Assembly: GCA_963723515.1 (NCBI GenBank)
Contig: CAVRQT010000002.1
Coordinates: forward strand, 384,001-448,000
Length of the DNA: 64,000 nucleotides
Direction of reading: 5' to 3'
Source: Vulcanimicrobiota bacterium
Lineage (GTDB): Bacteria; Vulcanimicrobiota; Vulcanimicrobiia; Vulcanimicrobiales; Vulcanimicrobiaceae
Part shown: positions 42,748 through 55,419 of the stretch, piece by piece
Numbering within the stretch: position 1 is the first letter of the stretch
Layout of the letters: each line of letters opens with the position of its first letter
The notes under the pieces: model-generated
The model's database searches: none
What the model saw: only the letters and a program-made list of their open reading frames with translations
What the model was told of the DNA's origin: nothing
Program-made: the position numbers and the translations under genes

Positions 42748-44247
42748 ATGCGCTCCCGCTCGCGTCTCGTTTTCAACGGTTTTGCACTGCTCTTCGGTAT
42801 GCTGCTCGCTTTGGCGGCTTGCAGCAAGAATTCGAATTCGGCGGCGCCTACTGCGCCGACGCCGACACCTCCGACGAGCGTAACGTTCACGATTGCAGCG
42901 GGCGGAACATCGCAAGCCATTCCAGGCTCCTTTGGATACACCGGCACGGTCGCTTTCCCGCGCGCGACTGCGGGCGCCGGCACATCGTTTACGATCTCAG
43001 AAACCGGCACGGAACCTCCGACCGGCGCTCCGTCGCTCGGTCTTCCGAACGCGCCGCTGCTCTATTTCGATTTTGTAGCCGCAAAAACGGTAACCTTTGC
43101 CGGCTTCCCGTCCATCACGATAACGATTCCGAGCAATATCGTTACGACGGGCGAGCAGTTCTTCATCGCCTTCTTCGATCCGACGAATCCAGCCGCGGGA
43201 TGGATCACGAATTTTCGTGGGCCAGGGACGTTGAATGGCCAGACGCTCAGCTTCCCAGGCAATAGCACCCCGACGACATTTAAAGCGGGCGCCAGCTACG
43301 ACTACGTGCTTTACGCCGTCCAGCAGGGTGCAACGCCGAGCCCGCCGCCGGTCACGCGCTTCATCTACGCCTCGAACGGCTCAAACGCGACCGGATTACG
43401 CAACACCATTTTGATCTTTACTGCCAATTCGAACGGTAACGTGCCGCCGACGGCGACGCTGGCCGGCATGAGCACACAATTGAACCTTCCGAACGGAATG
43501 GCGTTTGGGGTTGGAACGACGGGCGGACGGCTTTATGTCGCGAACGGCGGCGGCACGATCACCGAATATGCGCAGCCTGCAATGGGCGACCAGGCGCCGA
43601 TTGTCGTGCTCGGCGGCGCGGGGTCGGCTCTGATATCGCCGCAATTCGTTGCCAGCGATCTTGCCGGCCAAGTGTACGTGACGCAGAATACCCAGACGAG
43701 CGGCTCCGATCGCGTGCTTGTGTTCGCGGCCAACGCAACGTTCGGCAGTCCGCCGAAACGCAACATCACCGCCGGGCTCCACATTCCCTACGGCATCGGC
43801 GTCGATGCGAGCGGCAACTTCTATGTTGCGAATCACGCGAGCAATAGCGTCGTTGAATTTAATCCGGCCGGCGCGCAGATCGGTTCCCTCTCGGGATCTA
43901 CGACAAAGATCAGTTCGCCGACTGGACTAGCCGTCGATGGAACGGGCGACGTTTTCGTCGCGAACGCGAACAACTCGATCCTCGTCTTTAAAGGTCCGCT
44001 TGCCAAAGGCAACAACAACGTTGCCCCGACGCAGACGATCAGCGGCGGCAGTACGCTGTTGAATTCACCGATGGAGCTGTGGCTCGATGGTCATATGACG
44101 CTCTTTGTTGCAAACAACGGCATGGGGGCAAACGCAAACTCGATCCTGACGTTCCCAAGCACGACGAGCGGCAATGTTTTCCCATTACAGTTCATCAACG
44201 GACCGCTGACCGAACTGGCGCAACCCTTCGGAGTAACCGCCTACTAA
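42748..44247 (+). CDS. Lipoprotein with NHL/beta-propeller repeats
   Basis: Lipobox LAAC; PYGIGVD, PTGLAVD repeats. Confidence 0.8.
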   Translation: MRSRSRLVFNGFALLFGMLLALAACSKNSNSAAPTAPTPTPPTSVTFTIAAGGTSQAIPGSFGYTGTVAFPRATAGAGTSFTISETGTEPPTGAPSLGLPNAPLLYFDFVAAKTVTFAGFPSITITIPSNIVTTGEQFFIAFFDPTNPAAGWITNFRGPGTLNGQTLSFPGNSTPTTFKAGASYDYVLYAVQQGATPSPPPVTRFIYASNGSNATGLRNTILIFTANSNGNVPPTATLAGMSTQLNLPNGMAFGVGTTGGRLYVANGGGTITEYAQPAMGDQAPIVVLGGAGSALISPQFVASDLAGQVYVTQNTQTSGSDRVLVFAANATFGSPPKRNITAGLHIPYGIGVDASGNFYVANHASNSVVEFNPAGAQIGSLSGSTTKISSPTGLAVDGTGDVFVANANNSILVFKGPLAKGNNNVAPTQTISGGSTLLNSPMELWLDGHMTLFVANNGMGANANSILTFPSTTSGNVFPLQFINGPLTELAQPFGVTAY

Positions 44248-44248
44248 A

Positions 44249-46075
44249 CTGAGGACTCGCCCCGACATCCGCAACGTCGCGATCATCGCGCACGTCGATC
44301 ACGGCAAAACGACGCTCATCGACGCGATGCTCAGCCAAAGCGGTCTGTTTCGGACCGGGGAAAGAGTGTCCGTGCGTGTGATGGACTCAAACCCGCTCGA
44401 ACGCGAGCGCGGTATCACTATCCTGGCCAAGAATACCGCCATCCAACGCGGTCCCGTAAAATTCAACATCGTGGACACGCCCGGTCACGCCGATTTCGGC
44501 GGCGAGGTCGAACGCGTTTTGCAGATGGTTCAAGGCGTGTTGCTGCTAGTGGACGCGGTCGAAGGCGTGATGCCGCAGACGCGCTTCGTGCTGCGCAAGG
44601 CGCTCGAAGCGGACCTGCGCGCGATCGTCGTCATCAACAAGATCGACCGGCGGGACGCGCGTCCGGGTGAGATCGTCAACCAGGTGTTCGATCTGTTCAT
44701 CGATCTGGGCGCGACCGAGGAGCAAGCCGATTTTCCCGTTCTTTACACGAACGCAAAGCGCGGCATTGCGAAACGCTCGCCCGAGGCGGCCGAGAGCGAC
44801 CTCACGCTCCTTTTCGATTCCATCGTCCGCCATATCCCAGAGCCGCCCGCCGAAGAGGGCGGCTTCCAAATGCTCGTCTCGGCGATCGACCACAACAGCT
44901 ATGTCGGACGCATCGGGATCGGTCGTGTCTTCCGCGGAACGTGCAGCGTCAACGCGCCGATCGTAAAATTCGCGCGCGACGGCGAGCCTGAAGGCGGCCT
45001 GCGCTTGAGCAAGTTGTTGGCCTTCGCGGGTCTCGAGCGGATCGAGATCGAGCAGGCTGAAGCCGGCGACATCGTCTGCGTTTCAGGCATTGCCGGCTTG
45101 AACATCGGCGACACACTCGCGGGCGCAGATGCGCCCGAGCCGATCGCGGCGGTTGCAATCGACGAACCCACTGTGTCGATCTCTTTGAGCGTAAACACGT
45201 CTCCGTTCGCCGGACGCGAGGGAAGATTCCTCACCTCGCGACACCTACGCGAACGCCTGATCCGGGAACTGGAATCCAACGTCGCACTGCGTGTTGCTGA
45301 CACCGAAAGCCCGGACACCTTCGACGTCCGCGGCCGTGGCGAGCTGCATCTCTCGATCCTGATCGAGACGATGCGCCGCGAAGGGTACGAACTGGCAGCC
45401 TCCAAACCGCAAGTGATCCTCACCCAGCGTAATGGTGTCAAGTACGAGCCAATCGAGTACGTCGTGATCGACGTTCTCGATCGCTACTCGGGGCCGACCA
45501 TCGATGCATTGGGGAAGCGAAAGGCGACGATGTCGAACATGCTCAGCGTAGGGGAATCGCGCCGTCTCGAGTACCGAATGCCGACCCGCGCGATTTTCGG
45601 GCTGCGCAGTGAACTCCTTACGCTTTCCCGCGGCACCGCCGTGATGTCGCACACATACTACGACCACGAACCGTGGGAAGGCACGCTTCCGGGTCGCGCT
45701 TACGGCGTGCTGGTTGCCAGTGAGGGCGGCACAACGACCGGCTACGCAATGATGGGCCTGGAAGCGCGCGGACGTTTTTTCATTGGTCCCGGCACGGAAG
45801 TGTACGAAGGGATGATCGTCGGTCGAGCCAGCGACGACAAGGACGTCGCGGTCAACGCTTGCCGGGCCAAAAAACTCACGAACATGCGGGCCGCCGGCAC
45901 AGACGAAAGCGTCAAGCTTGCTCCCCCCGACGAACTTTCGCTCGAACGCGCGATCGAGTTCATTGACGACGACGAGCTGGTCGAGGTCACGCCGAAAGCG
46001 ATCCGCTTGCGCAAGCGTCTCTTGCGCGAAAGCGACCGCCTGCGCCGGCGCAAGCGCGCGCTCGCTCAAGCATGA
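44249..46075 (+). CDS. typA: Translational GTPase TypA/BipA (probable CTG start)
   Basis: IRNVAIIAHVDHGKTT lies upstream of the ORF-track ATG; ERERGITILAK, DTPGHADF, GRGELHL, EVTPKAIRLRK. Confidence 0.95.
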   Translation: MRTRPDIRNVAIIAHVDHGKTTLIDAMLSQSGLFRTGERVSVRVMDSNPLERERGITILAKNTAIQRGPVKFNIVDTPGHADFGGEVERVLQMVQGVLLLVDAVEGVMPQTRFVLRKALEADLRAIVVINKIDRRDARPGEIVNQVFDLFIDLGATEEQADFPVLYTNAKRGIAKRSPEAAESDLTLLFDSIVRHIPEPPAEEGGFQMLVSAIDHNSYVGRIGIGRVFRGTCSVNAPIVKFARDGEPEGGLRLSKLLAFAGLERIEIEQAEAGDIVCVSGIAGLNIGDTLAGADAPEPIAAVAIDEPTVSISLSVNTSPFAGREGRFLTSRHLRERLIRELESNVALRVADTESPDTFDVRGRGELHLSILIETMRREGYELAASKPQVILTQRNGVKYEPIEYVVIDVLDRYSGPTIDALGKRKATMSNMLSVGESRRLEYRMPTRAIFGLRSELLTLSRGTAVMSHTYYDHEPWEGTLPGRAYGVLVASEGGTTTGYAMMGLEARGRFFIGPGTEVYEGMIVGRASDDKDVAVNACRAKKLTNMRAAGTDESVKLAPPDELSLERAIEFIDDDELVEVTPKAIRLRKRLLRESDRLRRRKRALAQA

Positions 46076-46081
46076 GAAGTT

Positions 46082-48724
46082 TCATTTTTTCCCCGCTTTC
46101 TCTAGGGCCGCGACGGGCCGTGGGTTGAAGCTCAGCGTCTCGCGCGCCTGATCGTAATCGATGTACACGTGCTCGCCGTCGTGAATCTCGGCAGCTAAGA
46201 TCTTGCGGCCGAGCGGCGTTTCGATCTCGCGCTGAATCGCCCGTTTGAGCGGCCGCGCCCCGTAGGTTGGATCGTAACCGGTGCGCACGAGATGCCGCTT
46301 CGCCGCATCCGATAACTCGATTGTGATGTGCCGCTGCGCCAACCGCTCCCGCAGCCGCGTCAACTGAATCTCGACGATCTCGCCGAGTTGCTCCTCGCTG
46401 AGCGCGTGGAAGACGATGATCTCGTCGACACGGTTGAGGAATTCAGGGCGGAAATGTTGTCGCAATTCATCGAGCACGGTCGCGCGCATGATGGCGTACT
46501 CTGCGCCGCTAAAATCGCCCTGATAATCCAAAATGCGGTGGCTGCCGATGTTCGAGGTCATGATCACGATTGCGTTGCGAAAATCAACCGTGTGACCTTG
46601 CCCGTCGGTCAGACGTCCATCATCGAGGATCTGCAGCAGCACGTTGAAAACGTCGCTGTGCGCCTTCTCGATCTCATCGAATAGAATAACCGCGTATGGA
46701 CGGCGACGCACCGCTTCCGTTAACTGTCCGCCCTCTTCAAAGCCGACGTAGCCCGGAGGCGCGCCGATCAATCGCGCGACGGTGTGCTTCTCTTGATACT
46801 CCGACATGTCGATGCGAACCATCGCATGCTCGTCGTCGAAAAGCGCGGCGGCTAACGCACGCGCCAACTCCGTCTTACCGACGCCGGTTGGTCCCAGAAA
46901 AATGAAGGAGCCGATCGGACGATTCGGGTCGGCCAAGCCGGAGCGGGAGCGAACGACGGCCTCCGCAACGGCGTCGACCGCTTCATCTTGCCCGATGACG
47001 CGCTTATGCAGCTCCTCATCGAGATGCAGCAGCTTTTGGACCTCGCCTTCGAGCAGCTTCGTGACCGGAATGCCGGTCCAGCGGCTAATGACCTCGGCAA
47101 TGTCTTCCTCGTCGACTTCTTCTTTTGAGAGTCTCGCCGCGCCGTCGCGCTCGCTAAGCGCCTGCTCCTGCGAATGCAGCTCTTTTTCGAGCTCCGCCAA
47201 ACGGCCGTACCGCAATTGTGCGACACGCTCCAGATCGTATTGACGCTCGGCCTGTTCGATCTGCACCTTCGTTTGTTCGATCTGCTCCCGCAAGGCGCGC
47301 AGCTTGAGTGCCGAGCCTTTTTCGGATTGCCAGCGCTGCTGAAGCTCATCGCGCTGTGGACGTAGGGCGCCGATTTCTTCTTCGAGTTTGTCAAGGCGCG
47401 CGCGGCTGCTCGCATCGGACTCTTTGCGCAGCGCCTCCCGTTCGATTTCCAGTTGCATCAATCGCCGCGATACTTCATCGAGCTCCTGCGGCATCGAATC
47501 GATCTCGGTGCGCAACTTCGCCGCCGCTTCATCGACGAGATCGATCGCTTTATCCGGCAAGTACCGGTCGGAAATATAACGGTTTGAAAGCACTGCGGCC
47601 GCGACAAGTGCCGAATCTTTGATGCGCACGCCATGATGTGCTTCGTACTTCTCTTTGAGGCCGCGTAAAATTGAAATCGTATCCTCGACGCTCGGCTGAT
47701 CGACGAAGATCGGTTGAAAGCGCCGCTCTAACGCCGCATCTTTTTCGACGTACTTGCGGTATTCGTCAAGCGTCGTTGCGCCGATCATGTGCAGCTCGCC
47801 GCGTGCGAGCATCGGCTTGAGGAGGTTGCCCGCATCCATTGCACCCTCGGCTTTGCCGGCGCCGACTACGGTGTGCAACTCGTCGACGAAGAGAATGATG
47901 TTGCCTGCGGATTGCTGGACATCTTTGAGCACCGCCTTCAGGCGCTCTTCGAACTCGCCGCGATACTTTGCGCCGGCGATCAGCGCGCCCATGTCGAGCG
48001 CGACGATGCGGCGATTCTTCAGCCCTTCCGGCACATCGCCGCGAACGATCCGCTGTGCAAGCCCTTCTACGATTGCCGTCTTTCCGACGCCGGGATCACC
48101 AATGAGCACCGGATTGTTTTTCGTCCGGCGCGAGAGCACTTGAATGACACGCCGAATTTCGTCGTCGCGGCCGATGACGGGATCGAGCTTGCCTTCTTCC
48201 GCCTCCGCCGTCAGATCACGGCCGTAACGCTCGAGGCTCTTGTACGTGCCTTCGGGATTCTGGCTCGTGACGCGCTGGTTGCCGCGGACTTGCCGCAACG
48301 CTTGCAATATTGAGTCTCGCGTCAGATTGAATCCGCGAAAGAGTTGACCGACAGGCCCGGTCGTCTGCGCCATGGCAAGCAAGAGATGTTCGATCGAAAC
48401 GTAGTCATCGCCAAGCGATCGCGCTTCAATGTCTGCGGCAGACAGAACGCGCGCCAATTCCGGTGAGATCTGCACCTGTGCGTTCTCCGCACCGGTTCCC
48501 GTCATCCGCGGAAGCCGCCCGATTAACTCATCTGTTTTGCGCGAGAGCGCACCGATGTCGGCGCCCGCACGCGCCAGAATATCGGACCCTATGCCGCGAT
48601 CCTGATCCAGAATCGCCGCCAGCAGATGCTCGGGCGTCGTTTGCGTGTTGTGTTCTGAGAGCGCTCGCGAATACGCGGCGTTGAGCGCATCGGCGACGCG
48701 CTCGGTAAGGCGGTCGGCGTTCAT
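46082..48724 (-). CDS. clpB: ATP-dependent chaperone ClpB
   Basis: Two AAA+ domains ([16 protein letters not shown]) and a long coiled-coil M domain. Confidence 0.96.
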   Translation of the reverse strand: MNADRLTERVADALNAAYSRALSEHNTQTTPEHLLAAILDQDRGIGSDILARAGADIGALSRKTDELIGRLPRMTGTGAENAQVQISPELARVLSAADIEARSLGDDYVSIEHLLLAMAQTTGPVGQLFRGFNLTRDSILQALRQVRGNQRVTSQNPEGTYKSLERYGRDLTAEAEEGKLDPVIGRDDEIRRVIQVLSRRTKNNPVLIGDPGVGKTAIVEGLAQRIVRGDVPEGLKNRRIVALDMGALIAGAKYRGEFEERLKAVLKDVQQSAGNIILFVDELHTVVGAGKAEGAMDAGNLLKPMLARGELHMIGATTLDEYRKYVEKDAALERRFQPIFVDQPSVEDTISILRGLKEKYEAHHGVRIKDSALVAAAVLSNRYISDRYLPDKAIDLVDEAAAKLRTEIDSMPQELDEVSRRLMQLEIEREALRKESDASSRARLDKLEEEIGALRPQRDELQQRWQSEKGSALKLRALREQIEQTKVQIEQAERQYDLERVAQLRYGRLAELEKELHSQEQALSERDGAARLSKEEVDEEDIAEVISRWTGIPVTKLLEGEVQKLLHLDEELHKRVIGQDEAVDAVAEAVVRSRSGLADPNRPIGSFIFLGPTGVGKTELARALAAALFDDEHAMVRIDMSEYQEKHTVARLIGAPPGYVGFEEGGQLTEAVRRRPYAVILFDEIEKAHSDVFNVLLQILDDGRLTDGQGHTVDFRNAIVIMTSNIGSHRILDYQGDFSGAEYAIMRATVLDELRQHFRPEFLNRVDEIIVFHALSEEQLGEIVEIQLTRLRERLAQRHITIELSDAAKRHLVRTGYDPTYGARPLKRAIQREIETPLGRKILAAEIHDGEHVYIDYDQARETLSFNPRPVAALEKAGKK

Positions 48725-48801
48725 ACGTCCATCTTTCCCGGACCGGCGCGGGCCTCTTTTAAGTTTCGTTCCCTTTTAGTCTCTGCGCCGGGAGTCGATC
48801 T

Positions 48802-50679
48802 CTAGGAAGCAGCCGATATTCTTGAGCGCAGCATTCGGTAGTCGCCGCTGCGCACAGTGATGCCGCGCGCGTCAAACCACTCGAGCAACGGCACGGCATG
48901 CTTGCGCGACGTGCCGATCAGATCGCGGAATTCGGCCATCGTAATCTGCCGGCGTTCGTCGATCAGGCGCTCGAGCTCGCGGTTGATCTGCTGTATTTGG
49001 CTCCCACGATAGAGATCGTCGCCGACTTTGACAAGTGCGCCGGTAACCAGCAGCGTGTCGAAGGCGCGCGATAAGCCGGGAATGCGCGCTCCGCGCATCC
49101 GTTCGAGGACTGCACCTGCTGACGCGGGCTTGAACCGATCTTGTGAATCAATCGCCACCTCTTGTTCGAAGAAGGTACGTTGCTCGGCGCTCAATTGGGG
49201 CACGTGTTCGGTCGGAGCGTAGTAGCCGGCGCGATGCGCCACTTTGCCTTCCTCGGCAAACGCTGAGAGCAATCTCAATAGTAGCGGTTCAGCCATACCG
49301 AGCAAGCGCGAAAGGGCCAGCGATGTCATTCCCGTGCTCCACGGCTCGGCGCGCACGTGCGTTTGTAAGGCCGTCAAAACGTCTTGTAAGAATTTCTGCG
49401 CGTGAGTTGCTGCGACAAAGCCTTGCGGGCGGGACACTTGTATCACGTTGCCCTGTTCAACGAGCCGCTCCAGCGATAGCCGTATGACATCTTCTCGCAC
49501 GTTGACGCGAGCCGCAAGTTTTGCAGCGTCGATCGGCTCGACTCCTAGCGAATCGAGCACGGCTTGCGTTCGCTCGTCGATTTCCGCGCCCGCATCTGAT
49601 GGCTGGTCGGCGGAAAGCGACCCCAAGCCGCTGATCGTTCCGCCGCCAAGAAGCGTCTTCGGGGACATCCGCCGTACGACAAAATGCGTTCCGGGATACA
49701 CGATTGTGGGCCGCTGCAGATGCAGCGTTGCCGGCACGCTGGAACAATCCGTCGGAACTTCCTCAAGAATCAGTGAGCCGGCGGTTTCCGCCGAACCGAT
49801 GTATGCCTTGACGGCGATGCGGCGGCGTAGGAGCGGCAATGCTTCGGCGAGCGGTGCAAAGTATACGTTGAACGTCACGGCCGGTTCGAATTGCGGACTA
49901 GCAAGGACTTCACCACGTGCAATTTCGTTTACGGCGACGCTTGGAAGATTGGCCGCCACGCGAGCGCCGGCGGCAACGTATTTTTGGGGCGTGCCGAAAA
50001 CTTGCAAGCTTCTGATACGCGCTTTCTTGCCGCTCGGCTGAAGCATCAGCTGCTCGCCAACCCGCAGCGTTCCTTGCATTAACGTTCCGGTGACAATCGT
50101 GCCATGCCCCGGCAGCGCGAAGATACGATCGATCGGCAGATACGGCGGAGCTTGCACATTGCGCGGCGCTATCGACCGGAGTTCTGCCGCGATCAGGCCG
50201 CGCAACTCTTCGAGGCCGGCGCCGGTAACGGTGCTCGTCGCGACGATCGGCGCACCGTCGCTGATTGTCCCGTTCAACGATTCGCGGACTGTTTCGAGCG
50301 TCGAATCGACGACATCATCGGCGATCAAATCGATCTTCGTAACGACGAGGATCGTGCGCCGCACATTGAGATACCGCAGGATTGCAAGATGCTCGTATGT
50401 TTGCGGCTTCGGCGCCTTCGTTCGCCGCGACGACCAGCAAGAGCAACTCCATGCCGGCCGCGCCCGCGAGCATGTTATGCAGAAATCGTTCATGCCCGGG
50501 CACATCAACGATGCCGGCTTCTACCTGCTGCCGTCCAACCGCAGATGCGCAAAGCCGAGATCGAGCGTCATACCGCGCAGTTGCTCCTCGAGCCAGCGAT
50601 CAGGATTCGTTCCCGTCAGCGCTTGAACGAGCGCCGATTTTCCGTGGTCGACGTGGCCAGCGGTGCCGACTATGTGCAT
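48802..50679 (-). CDS. selB: Selenocysteine-specific elongation factor SelB, frameshifts near 50525 and 50415
   Basis: [38 protein letters not shown]-terminal [13 protein letters not shown] winged helix. Confidence 0.93.
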
Positions 50680-50682
50680 GCG

Positions 50683-52023
50683 TTACTCTTGCGCGTGCAG
50701 CGCTCGTATGACGATATCGTCGTCATCCTCGGCGACCGTTCGCAAATCGAGCAAGAGGCGGCCGTTCTCTAGGCGCCCGATAATCGGCGGCGGCCATCTG
50801 CGCACCGCAGTTTCAATCTTGCCGTGCGGATCCGGTACGGCGATTGCTACGGATGGGATCGCTGTTTCCGGAAACGTTCCGCCTCCGACGTACGCCTCGC
50901 TCGAAACCGCCTCTACCAAAGGAAGATTCTCGGTGTAGCGCTGCGCCCGAAGCTGCAACTCTTCAACGGATCGTCCGAGCATCGCAAAGAGCGGAATCTC
51001 GCTCAGCCGCTCTTCGGAGGCATAGCATTGGAGCGTTGCCGCCAGCAACGCAAGTGTGACCTTGTCGACGCGCAGCGCGCGAATCAGCGGGTTCTCGCGT
51101 AAACGTGCCACATGCGCTCGCTTGCCAACAATGATTCCGGCTTGCGGTCCGCCGAGCAGTTTGTCGCCGGAAAACGCGGCTAGTTGGACTCCATCGCTGA
51201 CGGCTTCTTGCACTGTGCGTTCGTGCGGTAAACCAAACCGCTCAAAATTGAGCAGTGCACCGCTTCCCAGATCTTCCACGACCGGAATACCAACGCGGCG
51301 CCCTAAGGCTGCTAGTGCGCTGACGGTCACACGTTGCGTGAAGCCGCTCAACCGAAAGTTCGAAAGATGGGAACGAAAGATCAGCGCCGAGTTGGCGTTC
51401 AAGGCGCGCTCATAGTCGCGCAAATAGACCTTGTTCGCCGTCCCAACTTCAACGAGCCGGGCACCGCTTCGTGCAAACACATCCGGCAGCCGAAATTCGC
51501 CCCCGATTTCGATCAGCTCGTTGCGCGCTATGACGACATCGCGGTTGCGCGCAAACGTATCGAGAATCAGCACGACCGCCGCAGCACAGTTATTGACGAC
51601 GATCGCGTCCTGCGCGCCGGTCAACTCCCGCAGTACCGGCGCCAGGCGCGAGTACCGCGATCCGCGCCGGCCCTCGTTCAAGTCGTACTCGAGGTTTGTA
51701 TAGCCTGACGCGAGATCGGATGCGGCGCCGAGCGCAACGCGCGAGATCGGAGCGCGCCCCAGATTCGTGTGTAAGAGAACACCGGTGGCGTTGATGACGT
51801 CGCGCAGGGTCCGGCTTGCCGCTCGGTCGAGATCGCGCAGCACCGCTGCGCTCAAGGTTCGGTAATCGGAGGATGCGCCGTCAGCGCGTGCCCGATCCAG
51901 GACATCGGTTAGGACTCTCTTCACGTTTTCGTGACCGAGCGCCGGCTCATACGCCGCAATGCGGCGGTCAGAGAAAAAACGATGCACCGGCGGAATCCGC
52001 CGTCGTGCATCGCGATCGTTCAT
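50683..52023 (-). CDS. selA: L-seryl-tRNA(Sec) selenium transferase
   Basis: [44 protein letters not shown]. Confidence 0.95.
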   Translation of the reverse strand: MNDRDARRRIPPVHRFFSDRRIAAYEPALGHENVKRVLTDVLDRARADGASSDYRTLSAAVLRDLDRAASRTLRDVINATGVLLHTNLGRAPISRVALGAASDLASGYTNLEYDLNEGRRGSRYSRLAPVLRELTGAQDAIVVNNCAAAVVLILDTFARNRDVVIARNELIEIGGEFRLPDVFARSGARLVEVGTANKVYLRDYERALNANSALIFRSHLSNFRLSGFTQRVTVSALAALGRRVGIPVVEDLGSGALLNFERFGLPHERTVQEAVSDGVQLAAFSGDKLLGGPQAGIIVGKRAHVARLRENPLIRALRVDKVTLALLAATLQCYASEERLSEIPLFAMLGRSVEELQLRAQRYTENLPLVEAVSSEAYVGGGTFPETAIPSVAIAVPDPHGKIETAVRRWPPPIIGRLENGRLLLDLRTVAEDDDDIVIRALHAQE

Positions 52024-52027
52024 CTTC

Positions 52028-52360
52028 TTAGGCGGCGGCTAAGTGCTTCGAGAGCATTGAGTTGATCGCCGAGTCCGATACATAGCCGACGATTCGATCG
52101 ACCGGCTGACCATTCTTGAAAAGAATCAAGCACGGAATTCCGGAGACCTGATAACGCGCTGCAAGATTCGGGTTGTCGTCGGTGTTAAGCTTCACAAATT
52201 TGGCGCGCCCGGTATGCGCGCCGGCAACCTTCTCGACGACCGGCGCCAGCATCTTGCACGGCCCGCACCACGGCGCCCAGAAATCAACGAGCACGGGCTG
52301 CGTGCTCGAGAGCACCTCATTGGGGAATGTCGCCTCTGAAACGTCGGCTAATGAACTCAT
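52028..52360 (-). CDS. trxA: Thioredoxin
   Basis: DFWAPWCGPCK, IP cis-Pro; GGAG RBS. Confidence 0.95.
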   Translation of the reverse strand: MSSLADVSEATFPNEVLSSTQPVLVDFWAPWCGPCKMLAPVVEKVAGAHTGRAKFVKLNTDDNPNLAARYQVSGIPCLILFKNGQPVDRIVGYVSDSAINSMLSKHLAAA

Positions 52361-52443
52361 CAGTTACTCCGTTCTCCTCCGATGTCTTAAAACTGACAGC
52401 GGCGGCGCGGTTGCGGCCGCTCTCGCCTTAGAAGTTGAACTGC

Positions 52444-54961
52444 TTAAACGAGGTCGACCTGCTGCGGCTCACCGGTGATTTCGGTCAGCTGCTTGCTTTG
52501 GACGCCGAGATTCGTCAGCGCGATGACCTCGTCGCCCGCTTGCAAACGTTGCAGGCGAACGCCCTTCGTCGAGCGTCCGACTTTGCGAATGCCGGACACC
52601 TTCAAACGAATGACCTGATTTGCGGAAGTGATCATCAAAATCTGGTCGTCCGGCTTGACCAGAATCTGATCGACGACGTGCCCGATGCCTTTCTCCCGCG
52701 CGAACGCCTTGACGCCTTTGCCGCCGCGTGCAGTATGCCGATAGTCGGAGATCGGCGTTCGTTTTCCAAAGGCTTGCGAGGTGACGATCAGCACTTCTTT
52801 GCGTTCTTCTTCCAGCACGTCCATCGCGACGAGCGTATCGCCGCGTTCGAGCTTCATCGCCCGCACGCCGCGCGCGGGTCGTCCCATCGGCCGAACATCT
52901 TTCTCGTTGAAGTGCACCGCCATGCCTAGCCGCGTCGCCAGAATGACGTCGCGGGATCCGTCAGAGAGGTCAACGGCGAGCAATTCATCGTTGGCGTCGA
53001 GGTTGATCGCAATCAGACCGTTGCGCCGGACATTCGCAAAGTCGCTCGAGCTTCGTCTTCTTGATGACGCCGTGGCACGTCACCATGACAAGGTATTGGT
53101 TGGCTTCGAAATTTCGCACGGGGAGGACTGCGGTCACATATTCACCCGGTGGAAGCGTCAGCAAATTGACCAGCGCAGTGCCGCGCGCTTGCCGCGAGGT
53201 ATCCGGAATTTCGTAGCCCCGCAGACGATAGACACGCCCGCGGTTCGTAAAGAAGAAGACATGTTGGTGCGTCGTCGCCATGAAGAAGTTGCGAACGACG
53301 TCCTCGCGTTTGAGGTTCGCAATGCCGATCACGCCACGTCCGCCGCGATTCTGCGAGCGGAACGTATCGACGGAGACCCGTTTGATGTACCCGCCGACGG
53401 TATAGGTCACGACGACGTCGGTGTCCGGAATGAGCTCCTCGATCGAGAACTCGTCTTCTGCCGGCGCGATTTCGGTGCGCCGTTCATCGCCGAAACGCTT
53501 CTTCAGATCGAGCGCCTCGCTCTTGACGATGCCCGCGATTCGGCGCGCGCTGCGCAAGATGTCTTGCAATTCGGCGATCGTCTTGAGCAGTTCCGTGTAC
53601 TCGCGCTCGATGCGGTCGCGTTCCAAACCGGTCAGCGTTCGCAGGCGCATATCGACGATTGCGTTGGCTTGAATCTCCGAGAGTTTGAAGCGCTGCATCA
53701 ACCCCGTGCGCGCCTCTTCGACGGTTTGACTGCGCCGGATCAGTTTGATGACCGCATCGATGTTGTCAAGCGCAATGCGGTAGCCCTCGAGCAAATGCGC
53801 GCGTTCCTCGGCCTTGCGCAAATCATAGCTCGTGCGTTTGGTGATGACGTCCTTGCGATGCGTGATGTAGCGTTCGAGGAGCCCGCGCAGTGAAAGCACC
53901 TGCGGTTCGAGCGCAACGGGCAAGTTGCTCGGCTCACCCTTTCGTTCCGCGCCGACCGGAACGAGGGCAAGCATGTTGAAGCCGAAACTCGATTGGAGCG
54001 GCGTATGCTTGTAAAGCTGATTGAGCACGACGTTGGGAGTTGCGTTGCGATGCAGCTCGACGACGACGCGCATCCCTTTGCGATTTGACTCATCGTCGAG
54101 CCGGACAATGCCGCCGATCCGTTTTTCCGCATGCGCCTCGGCGATTGCCTCGACGATGCGCGCTTTGGTCGTTTGAAACGGCACCTCGGTGATGATGACG
54201 CGCGTCTTGCCGCGCTCTTCAACGATCTCTGCGCGCCCGCGGACGATCACCGAGCCGCGACCCGTGCGGTAGGCCTGTTTGATCGCTTCGTGGCCCAGGA
54301 TGATTCCGGAGGTTGGGAAGTCCGGACCCTTGACGAGATCGAGCAAATCGTCCTCGGGGAGGTTCGGATCGTCGATCAGCGCCGCAATGGCGTCCACGAT
54401 TTCCGAGAGATTGTGCGGCGGAATGTTCGTTGCCATTCCGACTGCAATGCCGCTGGAGCCGTTAATGAGCAGCTGCGGAAGCTTGCCGGGCAGAACGGTC
54501 GGTTCGGTCCCCTGGTTGTCGAAGTTCGGAACGAACGGAACCGTTTCTTTATCGATATCGGCGAGGGCTTCGAGCGATGGCCGCGCTAGGCGCGCCTCGG
54601 TATAGCGATATGCAGCCGGCGGATCGCCGTCGATCGAACCGAAGTTGCCGTGTCCGTCAACGAGCGTGTAGCGCAGCGTGAACTCTTGCGCCATGCGAAC
54701 GAGCGCATCATACACCGAGCTGTCGCCATGCGGATGGTAAGACTTCAGCACCTCGCCGATGACACCGGCGCACTTGCGATGCTGCTTCGTGGGGTCCAGC
54801 CCCATTTCGCGCATGGCGTAAAGAATGCGGCGCTGAACGGGCTTGAGGCCATCGCGAACGTCGGGAAGCGCGCGCGAGGCAATAACCGACATCGCATAGC
54901 TGAGATACGATTCCCGCATCTCATCTTCGACGTTAATCTGCGAAATGATATCGTTGTTCAA
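52444..54961 (-). CDS. gyrA: DNA gyrase subunit A, frameshift near 53050
   Basis: [37 protein letters not shown], GyrA-box QNRGGRG; CTD continues in 52444..52983. TTG start inferred. Confidence 0.95.
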
Positions 54962-54987
54962 AACGTTTGTATGATTTCGCCAATTCG

Positions 54988-55419
54988 ATGAAACGAACAT
55001 TCACGACAGAAGCCGCACTGACAAGCTTCGCGAGCGAATTTGCACGCCAATTGCAGCCTGGTGACGTCGTCGCATTCGCCGGCCCGCTCGGCTCCGGCAA
55101 GACGACCTTCGTTCGCGCCATCGTGAAAGGACGTCTCGGGCACGATCCGACGACGAGCCCGACTTTCACCTTCCGTCATCGTTACGAGCCGAAAACCATG
55201 GGAGACGGGCCGGCGATCGAGCATCTGGATTTTTATCGCATCAGGTGCTCGTCCGAGATCGTCGAGTTGGGGCTGGAGGAGGTGTTCGACGGCCAATCCA
55301 TCGTGCTGGTCGAATGGTGGCAGAAGGCGCCACACATTCTGCCAAGCCGGCGGTATGAAATCACGCTCCAGGGTGTCGGCAACGGGCCACGCACGCTACA
55401 GCTGCAGCCTCGCAATTGA
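54988..55419 (+). CDS. tsaE: tRNA t6A biosynthesis ATPase TsaE
   Basis: [25 protein letters not shown]. Confidence 0.93.
   Translation: MKRTFTTEAALTSFASEFARQLQPGDVVAFAGPLGSGKTTFVRAIVKGRLGHDPTTSPTFTFRHRYEPKTMGDGPAIEHLDFYRIRCSSEIVELGLEEVFDGQSIVLVEWWQKAPHILPSRRYEITLQGVGNGPRTLQLQPRN

Noticed and set aside
48725..48800. Structured RNA or heat-shock operator upstream of clpB
   Set aside because: GC-rich complementary ends exist, but no CIRCE/HAIR or known RNA motif is recognisable; the evidence is too weak.
52028..52360. Selenoprotein thioredoxin
   Set aside because: The active site is WCGPC with ordinary Cys codons and there is no in-frame TGA.
50400..53060. Programmed frameshifting in selB or gyrA
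   Set aside because: No evident slippery sites or stimulators, and the same indel pattern is seen throughout the window.
52781..53893. Long antisense ORFs (here and opposite clpB and typA)
   Set aside because: Expected shadows of high-GC coding genes; no motifs.
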